64,000 nt of DNA from assembly GCA_965649825.1 (NCBI GenBank), contig OZ287697.1, positions 1,660,351 through 1,724,350 on the forward strand. The letters are read 5' to 3'. Source of the DNA: Penicillus capitatus. Taxonomy: Eukaryota > Plantae > Chlorophyta. The position numbers and the translations under genes are program-made. Shown piece after piece: positions 37,066 through 50,300 of this stretch. Under the pieces are notes generated by a model that ran no database searches, was not told the origin of the DNA, and saw only the letters and a list, made by a program, of their open reading frames with translations. How positions within the stretch are numbered: position 1 is the stretch's first letter; each line of letters opens with the position of its first letter.

Positions 37066-37518
37066 GACGTCCAATCGTCCAAGACGCGACGGAGATACGC
37101 CGGACGGCGAGTCGTTGACCGCGACGCGGTGGAAGACACCAAAGCGGAGGAGCGAACGGGCAGACGGTCAACGCAGACTAACCGCCATGAAAGAAGGCGA
37201 TTAGCGACACGTCTGTGGAGGTCTCGCCGACCAGATGAAGTGACGTCGTGCGGTGTGCAGAGATGACGATCTCTCGGCGACGATCCCGTCGCAGCGACGC
37301 GCCCTTTGCCCTTCGCCCGTTAACAAAATCGAATTCTCGACGCCTCGGACTCGCCTAGTGTTCAAAATCGAAGGTGCAAACGTTTCGAAAAGAAAAGAAC
37401 GATCGTTCGATGGATGACACACATGCAACTGACACATGCAACTGAGCTTCGTTTTCGCAACCGCGTCCGTCCGTCCGTCTTTCGTTATTCGCCTTCAAGA
37501 GATCTCCGTCTGCAGCAA

Positions 37519-38391
37519 CTAGACACCACACCGGGTAGGACGCATGGGCAGATCGACGCAGGAGCACACGTTTTCCATCTCGTGGACCAGATGTGCCACA
37601 TCGGGCCGTCCTTTCTTCTCCGGAGGCGCCGACGGCACAGTGGCTGTTCCAGTCTCCGCCTTCGCGACGGAGTGGTTTTCTTCGCGCTGAGGCAGCAGCG
37701 CGGGATCGAACAAAGCGCTGGGAGCTTTCGCATCGACTGGGGGAGGAACATCGCAGTCCATGACGTAATCCATCGCGTCTGTCCCGATGGATGACGGGGA
37801 TGTCGATCTGCGTCGGTTCTGGATCTCCGGTGACGCGCAGCCACCTTGGCTTCTTCGCAGCTTCGTCGATTTCTTTCGCACCCCACCGGAGGACAGCGTC
37901 TCGGTCTTCCTCCTCTGCGCCCTCTCGCGACGGGTCTCATGCCTGTGCCGCATCCACCTGGCCGACCACGACGGCTGCCATCCAGCCTCGTAGAAGAGCC
38001 TCTGCAGTTTCGCGACCTGTCTCTCGGACAGGGCGTAAGTGAACCGCGTCTTCGAGAAGTAGTTCCTGCGGATGGCTTCGGAGAAAACGTCGGCGACGAG
38101 ACATTCGCCCTTGTGCGGGTAGATCCCGATTCCGCGCACTCGGATCTGGGCCGGAAATCTGCCGCTCCACGCTATCGGATCCAGTTCCCACCCTCCCTTG
38201 CACTTCGACTCGAATACCCCGTGCAGAACGCGAGCTTCGTAGTTGTAGAGAAACACGGGCGTCCCCGGAGGAATCTTGGAAACGGCGTGGATGTGACGCG
38301 GGGGCAGTCCAAAGAGCTTCTTCGCCCGACACTCCGCTTCCGTCGCGTTCGTGCAGCCGAAGATGAACCCGCTCGGAGCGTCCGACCCCAT
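37519..38391 (-). CDS. DCD (Development and Cell Death, B2-like) domain protein
   Basis: From ATG 38391: SGFIFGCTNATEAECRAKKLFGLP…IPPGTPVFLYNYEARVLHGVFE…WELDPIAW…FPAQIRV, the DCD signature. A low-complexity tail follows. Confidence 0.85.
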   Translation of the reverse strand: MGSDAPSGFIFGCTNATEAECRAKKLFGLPPRHIHAVSKIPPGTPVFLYNYEARVLHGVFESKCKGGWELDPIAWSGRFPAQIRVRGIGIYPHKGECLVADVFSEAIRRNYFSKTRFTYALSERQVAKLQRLFYEAGWQPSWSARWMRHRHETRRERAQRRKTETLSSGGVRKKSTKLRRSQGGCASPEIQNRRRSTSPSSIGTDAMDYVMDCDVPPPVDAKAPSALFDPALLPQREENHSVAKAETGTATVPSAPPEKKGRPDVAHLVHEMENVCSCVDLPMRPTRCGV

Positions 38392-38425
38392 TCCTGATTC
38401 CCGAAACGAAACGACACAACGCGTA

Positions 38426-39564
38426 ATGCAATTGATCGGGCACGGGTATCTAACCGATATCCCTGAGGTCGTGCCTCCGTCCGCGACACTCCTCCTCGGC
38501 GGATGGGGGATCAGCGGCGCCGTCCTCGATGGCGGAGAACTGCGGTTGTGGGGGGCGTCGTCCGAGAAACACGAAGACGTGGTCGTCGGATGTCTCGGAT
38601 GGCAGACGCTCTGCTTAACGAGACGCGGCGACCGTCGCCTCCACGTCCTGCCGACCACTCCGTGCGACACGTCCCATCCCGTCCTCTTGAAGCTTCCTCG
38701 CTGGACGAACGTCTGTCGAATCGCAGCAGGTGAAGGCATCACCCTTTCGAGCGGGGCAGGTGGCAGGAGGTTTAGGTGAGGGTCACGTGCTGTGCGCGAT
38801 GGAGGATGGCTCCGTCTGGTCTTGGGGCGAGAATCGCAACGGCTGTCTGGGCATCGGCAGGCGTGATGTGACAGCGGCATCCCTGCAGTGTGTTCTGGGA
38901 CCGGGTTGCGACGAGGGAGATCTGATGGCCACGGAGCCCGTGCGTTGGGTGGCCTGCGGCATGGTGCACAGCTGTGCCGTCACGCAGACAGGAGACGTGT
39001 TCTGCTGGGGATGCAATCTGCACGGAGAATGCGGACAGATCTCCAAGGAAGACATCCCGGAGCCGCGGCACGTGAAGGAGATGGGAGGTGTGGAAGTGCA
39101 GTCCGTCTCGGCCGGACTGCATCACACCATGGCGCTATCAGGTCCCGCAGAACTCTCTCCCTGCACCGGATCGCACGCTCGGTGTGTCTAGCGAGCGGCG
39201 ACGTGTACGGATGGGGGTCCAATGCCGACGGACAGTTGGGCGTGGCGGAACAGGTGCTGCATCCTCTGCCTGCCCTCGTCGACGCGCCTCTGTTGGAACA
39301 CGCGGATATCGTCAAAGTGCGAGAGTGGAGCAACGGCGGTGCGGAAGGGGTGGTTGGGTTCAGGTGTGCTGCGGGGCGCGTCACACGATGGCGCTGTCGA
39401 AAGGGGGCGTCGTCTATGGGTGGGGATGGAATGCCTTTCAACAAGTGTCACGCGATCTCGCATCGTCCTGCATCTCTGAGCCAGTCGTTGTCGATTCGGA
39501 CTGCAGAGACATCGCCACAGGCCACTGGCATTCCATCTTGCTCAAAGGGCGGCGGCGTTCATGA
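38426..39564 (+). CDS. RCC1/BLIP-II beta-propeller repeat protein, multi-exon
   Basis: RCC1 repeats IAAG|EGHVL…GSVWSWGEN.NGCLG, VACGMVHSCAV…GDVFCWGCN.HGECG, VSAGLHHTMAL|…GDVYGWGSN.DGQLG, VCCGARHTMAL…GVVYGWGWN and IATGHWHS. Confidence 0.85.
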
Positions 39565-40541
39565 TGTGACGGGCGGCATCTCCAGGAGCCGCTTCAGAAG
39601 GGATGTGGCACGTCGCTCCGCTTTCTGTAACCGCCAGTGGTGCTCGTACTGTCGATGGCGCCGTTTAGACAGCGAGGACGTCCAATACGATGCTTACCAG
39701 TTCCAGTTGGTCCTTTTCGTTTGCAAAGGCCTTCTGCGTATCTCCTCCCGGTCCCATGTTGGACATGGGGTTCATCTGACGCCTCATGAGCTGCGTGTCG
39801 TCGATCGTGTCTTCGCGGAAGAACAGCGAAAAGACGCCGCGCATTCCGAAGAGCAGCAGGATGTAGTAGGACAGTCCGGTGAAGTAAGACACGTCCAACG
39901 CCTGCATGTCCATGCCCCTCTGCACAGCAGCACCTCCAAAGAGCGCCGGAGAATGCGCCTCACCTGCAGCATCGGGCGAAAGCGGGGACTCAGCGAAAAG
40001 GGCACCCGGCCCAAGACGAATCCAGCAAAGAAGTAGTTCACCCAGGCGCCCATCATGATCTGCACCGAACGCAAGGATCGCACGACAGATGGGGCGCCTG
40101 TCGGTCTGTCGTTGCCTGAGGAATGAGTCCCGTCAGCTGCGATTTCAGCATGTTGACCATCATGGATGGATCCGTGGCAAAGGTCTCCTGCAGCGATCTG
40201 GATTCGACCTTCTGGCAGAGGATCCCACTGTCCTGAGAACAGAGCTGCGTTCTGCGCTTCACGAAGGCGCCGTGTGGGATCCATGCGCCCTGGTCGCGGA
40301 GCTTCTGGCTTTTGGCGACGGCCTGAGCTTCGCGTATCTCTCTGAGATCCTGTTTGCGCCCTTCGTTGCCGAGGGATATCAGCTGTCGGCACGCGCGGCG
40401 TCGGATTGGGAGCGGCGAAGACAGGCGACGCACTTTACTGACGTACTGTCGCAGGAGCATCATCAGCACGACGGCGCAGGTGAGCGGAATGAACACCCAT
40501 AGCAGCACGTGTCGGTCCAGTACAAGGTCGTGGTATCCCAT
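39559..40541 (-). CDS. EMC3: ER membrane protein complex subunit 3, 5 exons
   Basis: DLVLDRHVLLWVFIPL…LLRQY, MMVNMLK…IPQ|IMMGAWVNYFFAGFVLGRVPFSLSPRFRPMLQ|RG…LDVSYFTGLSYYILLLFG are classic EMC3 motifs. The last exon reads YEHHWRLQKAE…PVTS*. Confidence 0.92.
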
Positions 40542-40836
40542 CCGCTCAACAGCTAAGGAAGAATCAATTGCCCTGCTAATGATTCTGATGGTTCCCTTAG
40601 ATGACGAACAACGCGGGGCAAGACACAGGGGATGCAGGCGAGGCGATCATCGACGTCGCTTTTGCGGATGCTTCTTGTTCGGCGCTGCTGTCGTGGTCAC
40701 TGCCGTGAGGCGTTCTGTAGGTCCGAGCACGCGTTGCGGGTTTTGAGCTGACGGTTACTCTTGATTGACCTCTTTTGCGACTTAATCCCCATGACACGAG
40801 AATTCGCCCGCAATTTGTCTTTTGACTTTTTGACCA

Positions 40837-43800
40837 ATGCGACGCGACTACGACTCATTACGGAGGAGTCCGGTGCACACGGCGCTGTGCTTCCTGTTGC
40901 TTGCTCAAGGGTTGGAGGCGTCGTCTCTCGCCGCCGCGAAGTCAGGTAGCTATTTTCATTAACCTCCCGTCAGCTTCCGTCTTGGGCGCAGCTTCGCCCT
41001 TAAACGAAGAACGTGCGCGAGACGTGCTGCTGTTTAGGGAATGCCTTGGTGGACATCCGCCCCCAGCGAAACGAGCGTTTCGAAGAACAGCACTTCAAAG
41101 TGCGACATTCGCCTTCGATCCATCTCACTCTAACTTCCCATCTCTTCGCCAGAACCCACCGCCCCAGAGGAAACTGCACCAGCTGTTGGACTTCTTCGGC
41201 GGAGATTTCGGTACGGCAGCAGAAGAAGTTTCGCCGGCGTGAGGTGTGTCGTCTGCAGAGTGCGATCTGTCGGAAAGAGTGATCGACCGTGCGTTGGATG
41301 GCGGTTCGAGAACGTGGCGCATCGACGATGAGCTTTGGGAAGACATCGACGAAGATCTGCAGGAGATCGTGAACTGCTCCGAGGAGGGAGACACTCTTCT
41401 CTTCGACGTCTCCGACACACTTCGGCCTTCTGGCCAGATCACTCTTCCTTGGTCACTCACACTGACTGCCGACACTCCGGACACCGACCTCGTCGAGGGC
41501 GTCTTCCCAGAGACTCGACGGAAGACGACGTTCACGTGTCAGCCCGATGTCCAAAGCCTGTTCCTCGTGAGGTAAGCGGCATTCCTTATGGCCGACCGAT
41601 TCCGATGATGTCTCGGAGTTCAGGTCTCCGGACGTACTGTTTGCGAATCTCGCCTTCGCGGAATGCGCCCTGAACGCTGACGAGTCGACCGCCATCATCG
41701 ACGTCGGGGCATGCGACGACGACGACCGCGGCACCATCAAGCTGCATCACGTGGTGTTCCGTCGGAATCATCTCGACGGCACCGTCGCCGTGCTCCTGAA
41801 CGAGGGGTCATGCTCCTCAGTCGAGATGGTCGACGTCCTCTTCGAGGGCAACACATGCTCTGGACGCTGCGCCGCCGTGCTCTCGAACCAGAACGAACTG
41901 ACGAACGTTCGGATCCGTGACAACAGGCAGATCGATGCGCCTGGCGTTCCGGCCATCCTCTACGCCCCTCCAGAATCCAGCACGACGCTTCGAAGCATCG
42001 TAGCATCGGAGAACGACGGTCCCATTGTGCACGTGCATCGCGGAGAGGTGCAGATGAGGGACTCGATCTTCCGTCGGAACAGAGAGATCGACAACACAGA
42101 AGGCGAAGCGCACGGTGCCGGCGTCTACCTCACTGGCGGCGAAGCCGACATCCGCCGATGCAGCTTCGAAGACGGCAATGCGCTGCTGGGTGCAGGTCTC
42201 TTCGCCGACCGGTCCAGCATCTCCCTCCGAGATTCGAACTTCGAACGGAACAGAGGATCGGTCGGCGGGACAGCCGTTCACCTCTTCCGCTGCCTCACCG
42301 TCGACGTCCGAAACTGCACATTCTCCGAGAACCTCGTTCCAGCGCTCGCCGGAGCAGGCATCCTCTCGAACGCCACAGATACGTTGAAGATCCGACAAAG
42401 CACTTTCGTTCAGAACACTGCTGACGATGGGGGAGCAATTTGCATCGTGGGCGGCGGCGAAGTGGAAGTGGTCGATTCCGAATTCGAGAGGAATGGCGCA
42501 GACATCAGTGGTGGTGCGATTTACGTGGAAGAGACAACGTTGTCGATCGAGAGAACCGTCTTCCGCAGCAACACGGCATCGAGTAACGGAGGAGCTGTCG
42601 ACATCCGCGACTCCTCTCCAGCCGCTTTTCGAAATCTGACATGTCAATTCAACTCGGCAGCCGTCGGTGGCTGTCTCCATCTCCGGAAGACTTCGATTGC
42701 GATGAACGACTCCCTCATTCAGGAAAATTTGGCAACAGAAGACGGCGGAGGGATTTCGGTGGCGTCGACCAACTTTGCGAATATCGCTAGATGTCGTTTC
42801 CTCGGCAACAACGCTACAGGCCATGGCGGTGGTGGCAAGTTCGGCAAAGTCGATCTGCAGATCGAAGACACGGTTGTTTCTCGCAACCAAGCGACATCTG
42901 GGGCAGGTTTTCTTTTGCAAGAAGGAGAGATCACCATTGTCGACTGCACATTCGAGGCTAATGCTGCCGAGAGCTACGGAGGTGGCATGACTTGCGGAAC
43001 AGACGGTCGTCTCACTGTCCGAAGATCCACATTTCGACAGAACAGAGCCGAGAAAGGAGGTGGAGGCAGCAGTGTGATTGCAAACTGTTTGGCGAGCTTC
43101 GCCAATGTGACATGGACATTGAACAAGGCAGCCACAGAGTGTGGAGGAGGCGCCCTCGTCGAAGGAGCATACGCAGCATTTCGGGACTCCATTTTCCAAG
43201 GGAACACTGGACAGAGAGGCGGGGGTAGTTGTATGAGAGGCTCCTCTGCTCAGTTCATCCGCGTTGTCTTCCGTGTCAATTCTGCTGTAACCTCAACCGG
43301 AGGACTCCTTGCCGAAAACAGCACTGCAAGCGTCAGTGACTGTCAGTTCGAGGCCAACTCTGCAGATGTTGCCGGCGGCGTGTCTGCCAGAGAGACGTCT
43401 CGAGTGACATTAGATCAATCCCGTGTCATTCGGAACATCGCCAGAAATCAAGGCGGAGGACTGAGCATAAATGAATTTTCCGATCTGCTGGTAACCAATT
43501 CGATCATCGCTTCGAACTCGGCCACAGGATCAGGAGGTTGTGTGTTTGTACATAATGCAACCGTGACGTTTGTCAACGTCACGACATCTCTGTGCTCAAC
43601 GGATGGTGCTGGAGGCGGTATTTTGATCATTGAAGCGCGTGTTAATTTCACAGATTCGAGATTCAGTTATTCGAAAGCTTTTTTTGGCGGCGGGATCTCG
43701 GTGCACTCTGGCATCCTCTACTTGACGAACTCTGTCGTGAATGCATGCAAAACTAACTTCTCAGGAGGCGCTCTTGCTTTGAGCGAATCCGCCGCAACGA

Positions 43801-46800
43801 TTCAATCCACTAATTTTTCGAACAACTTCGCAGAAAATGGAGGAGGCATCCAGCTGATAACATCTCGCTTGTTATCCAATAATGTGACATTCTTCAAGAA
43901 TACTGCTGGTAACTTTGGCGGCGGACTTGTGGCAGGAGAAGCAAGTTCTTTCCGATTGACGAATGTCTCTTTGATTCAAAATACCTCGCCATATGGCGGA
44001 GGCGTGGTCTTGATGCAAAATTCTGATGGGTACATGGACGAGTGTTTTGCGCATAGCAACTCCGCCCTTATACACGGAGGGATGGCCAACGTAGACAACA
44101 GCAAACTGACAGTTCAGGGAGGAACATTTCTGGAAAACGAAGCGACTGGTGGGGCAACGTTTGTCGTAGTCGATGGCCGACTGAGCCTTGATGGTGTTGA
44201 TGTCATCAACGGATCCAGCACCCACTGGGGTGGCGGCCTGTATGCAATAGCTGGCAGTTTTGTGACGATTTCCCGTTCCAGTTTCGTCTCCAATCGTGCC
44301 GAGTTTGGAGGAGCAATAAATCTGCGCGAGTCTTATCTCTGGGCTGACGAAGTGCGCTTTGTCAGATGCCGGGCGTCCATTGACGGGGGAGCGATCCATG
44401 CCAACGTCTCATCGTCCATGCTGTGCACGAACTGTGCGTTCGATAACAACTTCGCCGTCGGAAAGGGAGGTGCTGTCAACATTGAATCAGAAAAGACGCA
44501 GCTCCTCGCCTATCAGTGCGACAACTGCACCTTCTCGGACAATCGCGCGGTTCTCGGAGGTAATCGATCAGCCCTCATCTCTTCCGTCGTCGTTACTGTG
44601 TTCAACAGGGGCCATTCATCTGGTAACGGCAGACGGGGCGAAGGACTGCACGGCACACAACGCCAACTGCACCTTCCTCGCTCTGCGAAGCGCACATTTC
44701 ACTGGAAACCAAGCATCATCGGCAGGCGGCGCCATTCTCTCGAGCGATCTCAATGCCATCCGTGTCCGCTGCTCCAACAGATCGCGCCCTTATTCTCATC
44801 GCTACGTGACGAGGAAGGAATTCGAATCTCTGGGCATCCTCAACTCCTTTGACCGCATCTGCGCCAAGTGGAAGGGAAACGAAGCGGACGTTTATGGGGA
44901 TACTCTGGCCTCTTACGCTCGCCGTGTCAAAAAAGTGATCCGTTATGAAGATCGGGATTTCGAAGAGGAAGTCAAAGGCAATCGATACTTTGTGCGAAAC
45001 CATGTCAGTGGAACGCAGATCCCCAGTCTATACGTCGAGGCGGTGGATGCTCTGGGACAGGGACCCGCCAGCGGCGCCGGAAATGCCACGGTTTTGGCGA
45101 CCATGGTATCTCCCGAAAAACTCTTCTCTGGATCCATCGGCGTGCGACTGGACGAAGGGGTAGGGAACTTCTCAGGAGTGGCCGGATACCGCGAAGCTGG
45201 ATTCTATAACGTCCGCGTGAACTTCAGTGAGGAGAGCATTCCGCCCTTCACCATTGTCGTCGAGATCCGAGGATGTTTGATCGGCGAGGTCGTGGCGGCC
45301 AACGGGACCATCTGTCAGCCTTGCAACGGCAACAACTACAACTTCTTCCCAGATCGTGCCGATCCAGGATGCCAGTCGTGCCCAGACAACGCCGACTGTG
45401 ACACGGCCGTCATTCTCCCGGATGCTGGGTACTGGCATCGAACTCCATGCTCAGACCACATACAGGAGTGTCTGACCAAAGACGCCTGTGACGAAAAGAA
45501 CAGAACGAAAGATCTCCGCGAACATGCAGCGATCGTCGAGAATTGCCAGTTTTCCGAGCCCTTTATTCTGAGCTATGCCGACGTCCAATGTCGCGAGGTA
45601 CGTATCCCGCATCATCCATGGAGTCCTGATGGTTATATGACGCCTCTGTTGCTCGATAGGGTTACAGAGGTCCTCTGTGTGGTTCTTGCGAGGCTTCTTA
45701 TGGGCGCATACAATCCTTACGTTGTGGACCCTGTGGTTTTCGGTTCGTCAGTTTCATTCTGGTGCTCTTCATCATCATCGCTCTTCTCGTCCACAGCGCC
45801 ATAACTATCACAGGCAGTCTTCCTCAAAAGAAGACGCTCGTCAGAGATATGAATCAACACCAAGGGACTTCATCAACTCTGCCAATAGAATCCATGTCCC
45901 CTCCACGTGCTCCTGGAGAGAAACGAGAGTCGCCCAATGCAGTCCCTCATGCTCGTAAAATGCAATCCGTCGAGATGCCGCGTAGGAGGCACGATCCTTC
46001 CGAGAGCCTCGGGTTGTCTAGGCTTCAACCAACTCCACCACCAACAACTCCACCGCAAGCTTCGGCGCCAGAAGAGCCCGAGCAGCCGAAAAAAGACACC
46101 GTGCAGCTTGCCAAATGGAATGGCACCGAAATTATCAAGGTAACAATACCACTCTCACTCTTCTCGTTCATTTTGTCTCGTCTAGATAGCGAACAACTAT
46201 TTTCAAGTGATTGAGATTGCTATGTCGATCAATGTGAATTGGACAACGGCACTCACCGGCGTCTTTAAAGCAGCCCGTAAGATCTCAACGTATTCTCATT
46301 TGCGTCTGATGCACGATGGAATTGTCATTGCAGAGTTCTTGAGCGCTACGGTGTCGGAAGCAGTGGCCGGTTCCGTAGAATGTCTCATCCCAGAGAATTT
46401 TGCCATTCCTCGATCGGCTATGCCCACCGTGTTCAACATCATGGTGCCGATGCTGGTGTCAAGCTTGTATTATATTTTCTGGTTCATCGTCTTCCAATAC
46501 ACCAAGGAGACCATCAGCTTTTTGGCCAAGCGCTGCATCCTCAGCTTCATGGTAGTGTCCTACCTCTCCTACATCACCATCACCGAGACCGCCATCAACG
46601 TCCTGTCCTGCATCGATGTCTACGATTCACTGGAGCTCGGTTCGAATGCGACGCATGCCTACTGGGCAGTGGACACATCTCTGCGATGCTATGAAGGTTC
46701 CCATGCCGTGCTTGTTGCCCTCATTGGATGGCCCGTCCTCGTCTTCTTCTCTTTCGGTTTTCCCGCTGGCCTCGCTGCACTGCTGGTGCTCGAGAGAAAG

Positions 46801-47394
46801 AGACACAGCATGGAGAATGAGTGGCTGTTCGAGGCAACCGGTTTCATGTACCGTGCCTACAAGACGGAATACGTCTACTGGGAATGGGTCATCATACTGC
46901 GTAAGGCGATCTTAGCAGTGGTGGCTGTTTTCTCTTACGAACTCGGTGGCAATTTGCAGGGTGTCTTGGGCGTCTCCGTCCTGGTATTTTCCCTTTACTT
47001 TCAGACTATCTGCCAACCCTACGATAACGATTTTGCAGTGCTCAACCAATACGAAGGCCTTTCATTGCTCATTTGCTCGCTGACGTTTGTCTCTGGCCTT
47101 TTTTTCAACGACGAGCGTACCTCTGATACTGCCCGAATCATTCTCACGATTGTCCTGTTTTCTGCACATTTGGGGATGTTTGTTTTTTTCTTCGTTGTCT
47201 TAATCAAAGCTGCCGCAGAATTTTCTAAAGCTGTTTTGGAGGCTGAATTAATTGACTATAACTCAGAGAAAGGATGGTTTCATGTGATCCTGGTGTTTCT
47301 GCGATCGCGCTGCCCGATATGGCTGGTTCTGCTTTTCAAGCGTATGATGGGACATCCTGTCCTGACAGTCCCAGGCAATACTGAACATGCCTAA
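40837..47394 (+). CDS. Receptor-like paralogue E (most divergent, longest repeat array)
   Basis: Signal-like exon MRRDYDSLRRSPVHTALCFLLLAQGLEA. ORF 41751..44852 is about 1000 aa of GGA/GGG-FxxN repeats, followed by a Cys-rich stalk (CQPC…CQSCPDNADC…GYW) and a TM domain with YWAVDTSLRCYEG and YWEWVIILRK. Confidence 0.8.
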
Positions 47395-50300
47395 ATTCAT
47401 CATCCCTCCCGACATGTCTGTCATGTACAGAGCATAAGTCTGGTCCATTTGTCCACCGTATGATTGGTTTTTGTTGTGATTTCATTTAGTTGCTATCCAT
47501 TTCTGCTTGCCTATTGTTAGGTTTTATTTGTTAGGCGACGCTCTCCCTGTGATGTCAACGCACTAAAAAGCTCATTATACAATCGAACGTTACCATTGTA
47601 ATTCTTCTGCAAGAGCTCTTGGCTCTTCGCATCCTTCCCTTTATTGCATGGTTTTGGAGCGTTGAACGCTCCATTGTTTGTTCTGTTTTCGCCATGTGCC
47701 TACGACTTCATCGCTTTGTGCGTTTCGCGTCCTCTTCTTTGTGCTTCGTCTAAACTTTTACGTTCGTGTTTTGAGAGAATTTACAAGTAATCATCTTTGA
47801 AATGCAGAGACGCACACAGGGACGAAGAGAGCATGGTCAACACCGATGCTAGAGACCACGATATATGGAATCGTCAAATCTTATATTCGGTTTTAAGACT
47901 TCATGTTGTCGAAGCCGTCGAAAATCAACTTGATGCTGTGAAGAAAGGTTGCCGACACCCTCTTGCGCTACCTCACACTCAGATGTCGTCGGAATGGACA
48001 CGGATCTCTCCCTCGTCTGCACGTCAAGCGAGGACTTCTAGGGGAAGAGGAGCAGAGGAGTCTTTCTCGTTCGCGTTGACTCATTTCCCAAGCCAGCGGA
48101 AGCCTTAAGGTGAGATTAAGTTAGGTGAGAATGGATAGCGAAGACCAAACTAAAGGTGCAGTTAACAGACAGCTTGTTACAGCAGGTGACAACAGATTGT
48201 TTTGACAACTGAATGTGTGCAGCAGACAAACACAAGAAGAGACACTAAAGTGAATCGAAAGATGTTCTATGTGTCCAGTCCTCGCTTTTGTACGCTTCTA
48301 GTGATGGGACCGATGGGAGAAGGCAAGAATATTCTAGGAAGTTGCGAGAGTAAGTTGCCCGGTAAGTTCGCAACGAGACTGAAAAAGTTCACTACTGTCA
48401 TTCGGTCGAGCGCGTTTGGCATCGGCCATGGGTGCCGCGTAGTAAATATTTTAAAAGCCGAAACGTTTCTTACACCTAACTCATCATGAGTCTCTATCTA
48501 ATGCTTTCGATCGCAACATCCCATCAGTTCTGTCTGTCGCATCGGACTGTCATCTTCCCGATCCCTCGTCACCAATGTGACATCATGGTTCCGTACCATG
48601 AGGAGTTCACACTACGAAATTCTAGAAGTTTCCTAAAACTTCAACATGAAATCTACAAGGGGTTCACAGTCTTTGTCGCCATGACCTCTTTATAGCAGTT
48701 GAGCGTAACGGCGGTTACGTCGTGCGGCTTTAGGCGCAAGAATGGCAAATGACAAAACAACGTTTCGCTAATTACAGAGACGTCCCATTGGCACTTAATC
48801 AAAATCACACCATTGTCACGCGGGGGTCGCCGCGCCAAACGATCAAACACAGCGAAAGGCTTTTCGTTTACAGAGCAAAAGTTCACACGTGTTTACGTTC
48901 ATGTCTTTGTATACCACAGGTGATATAAACGTCGCATAAGCGTCCCTTCGGAGACAGAACCCTCGAATATCTAGACAGTCACAATGTGACAGCCAGATCC
49001 TTCCGACAACCATTCTTTCACAGATGACTACATTTTGTACTAACAGATGCACCTGAAATCCAATTTACTCTCTTTCCGGTGTCAGCGTCCGATACTCTTC
49101 AAGACGCTATTGTCGACATGAAAAATCACACGCATAAGTTAGGGGGATCAAGGTGTGAACGTCGACCCGATGGCCGAGTCCGGACCGGATGGCGAGTCGC
49201 ACAGGGAAACTCCGTCGGCAATGTAGTAATTACATAGCTAGACGGATACAGCGTCTCAGTTCTCGCTTAAGTACCCTAGAGAAAGGTACGTCACATCATC
49301 ACGTAAGTGTCTTCTCATGCCTCCGTCACGCATATTCCAATGACCCTCCGCTGGCGTGTTGCCACAGGGACGGTTGCCCCGACGGCAGCGTCCTTTGCCA
49401 GAAGACCCGAGGCGATGGCGGGCGCACCGTCACACAAGGCACAACGGAGCTCTATCAAACAAAAGGATATCGACCTTTGACGACTAAAAAACCGAAAATA
49501 AACATCTAAACAAGGACGTAGAAGGCATATCGCCGGAACTTTCATTGTTAGAATCCACCAACGAAGAAGGCAAACAGATTTTATTACGACAAAAGCGCCT
49601 GTTATAAGTTTGCAATCGCTGAAGTGTGAAGTCGGTGATATTAAAGAAGAAACTTTTTAAAAAGAGGAAGGTGAAGGAGAGGAGAATACCCAATCGACAC
49701 AAGCAGTCAACATGACGTCCCATGACGTAAGCATGCGTCATGAGAATGGAAGTATAAAACCAGGGCTTTGGACTGAAAGACACCATCTTTAAAAATCGCT
49801 CTTTGTTTTACGCACGTTCGTCTGTGTACACAACATTCCCGTGACAATACGTTATAAGCCAACCAGCTAAGCATTAAACAATTCGAAAGTGACAATGTGA
49901 AAGCTAAAAAGCAACTTGATACATAGAGAAGTATACCAAGACGTTAGCACGACCGAAACGTCTCCTTCATGACATTAAGCGCATGTCACGGAAGAATCTG
50001 AATGGGAAGCATACAGTAAAGCATAAGATGTGACAGCGACAGATGCCATGACAAAGCACTCTTTGTTATAGGTGTCACTAAAGAGACATGTGGCGCGCAA
50101 ATGTCCAAAAGCGAAACAGTCTGATAATGTGACTTTTTCGTATTGTCAAGCTCCTGTAGTGTCGAGACCGACAAAAACCAGAGCCTTTTGTGTAAGCAGT
50201 AAACTCGACAGAAAGCACTATTCCTTGACTCGGGAAGAGCTTGAGCAATACTGCGCGTATTCTCAGATATTCCCCGATGCATTCGTTGACGTTATTAATA

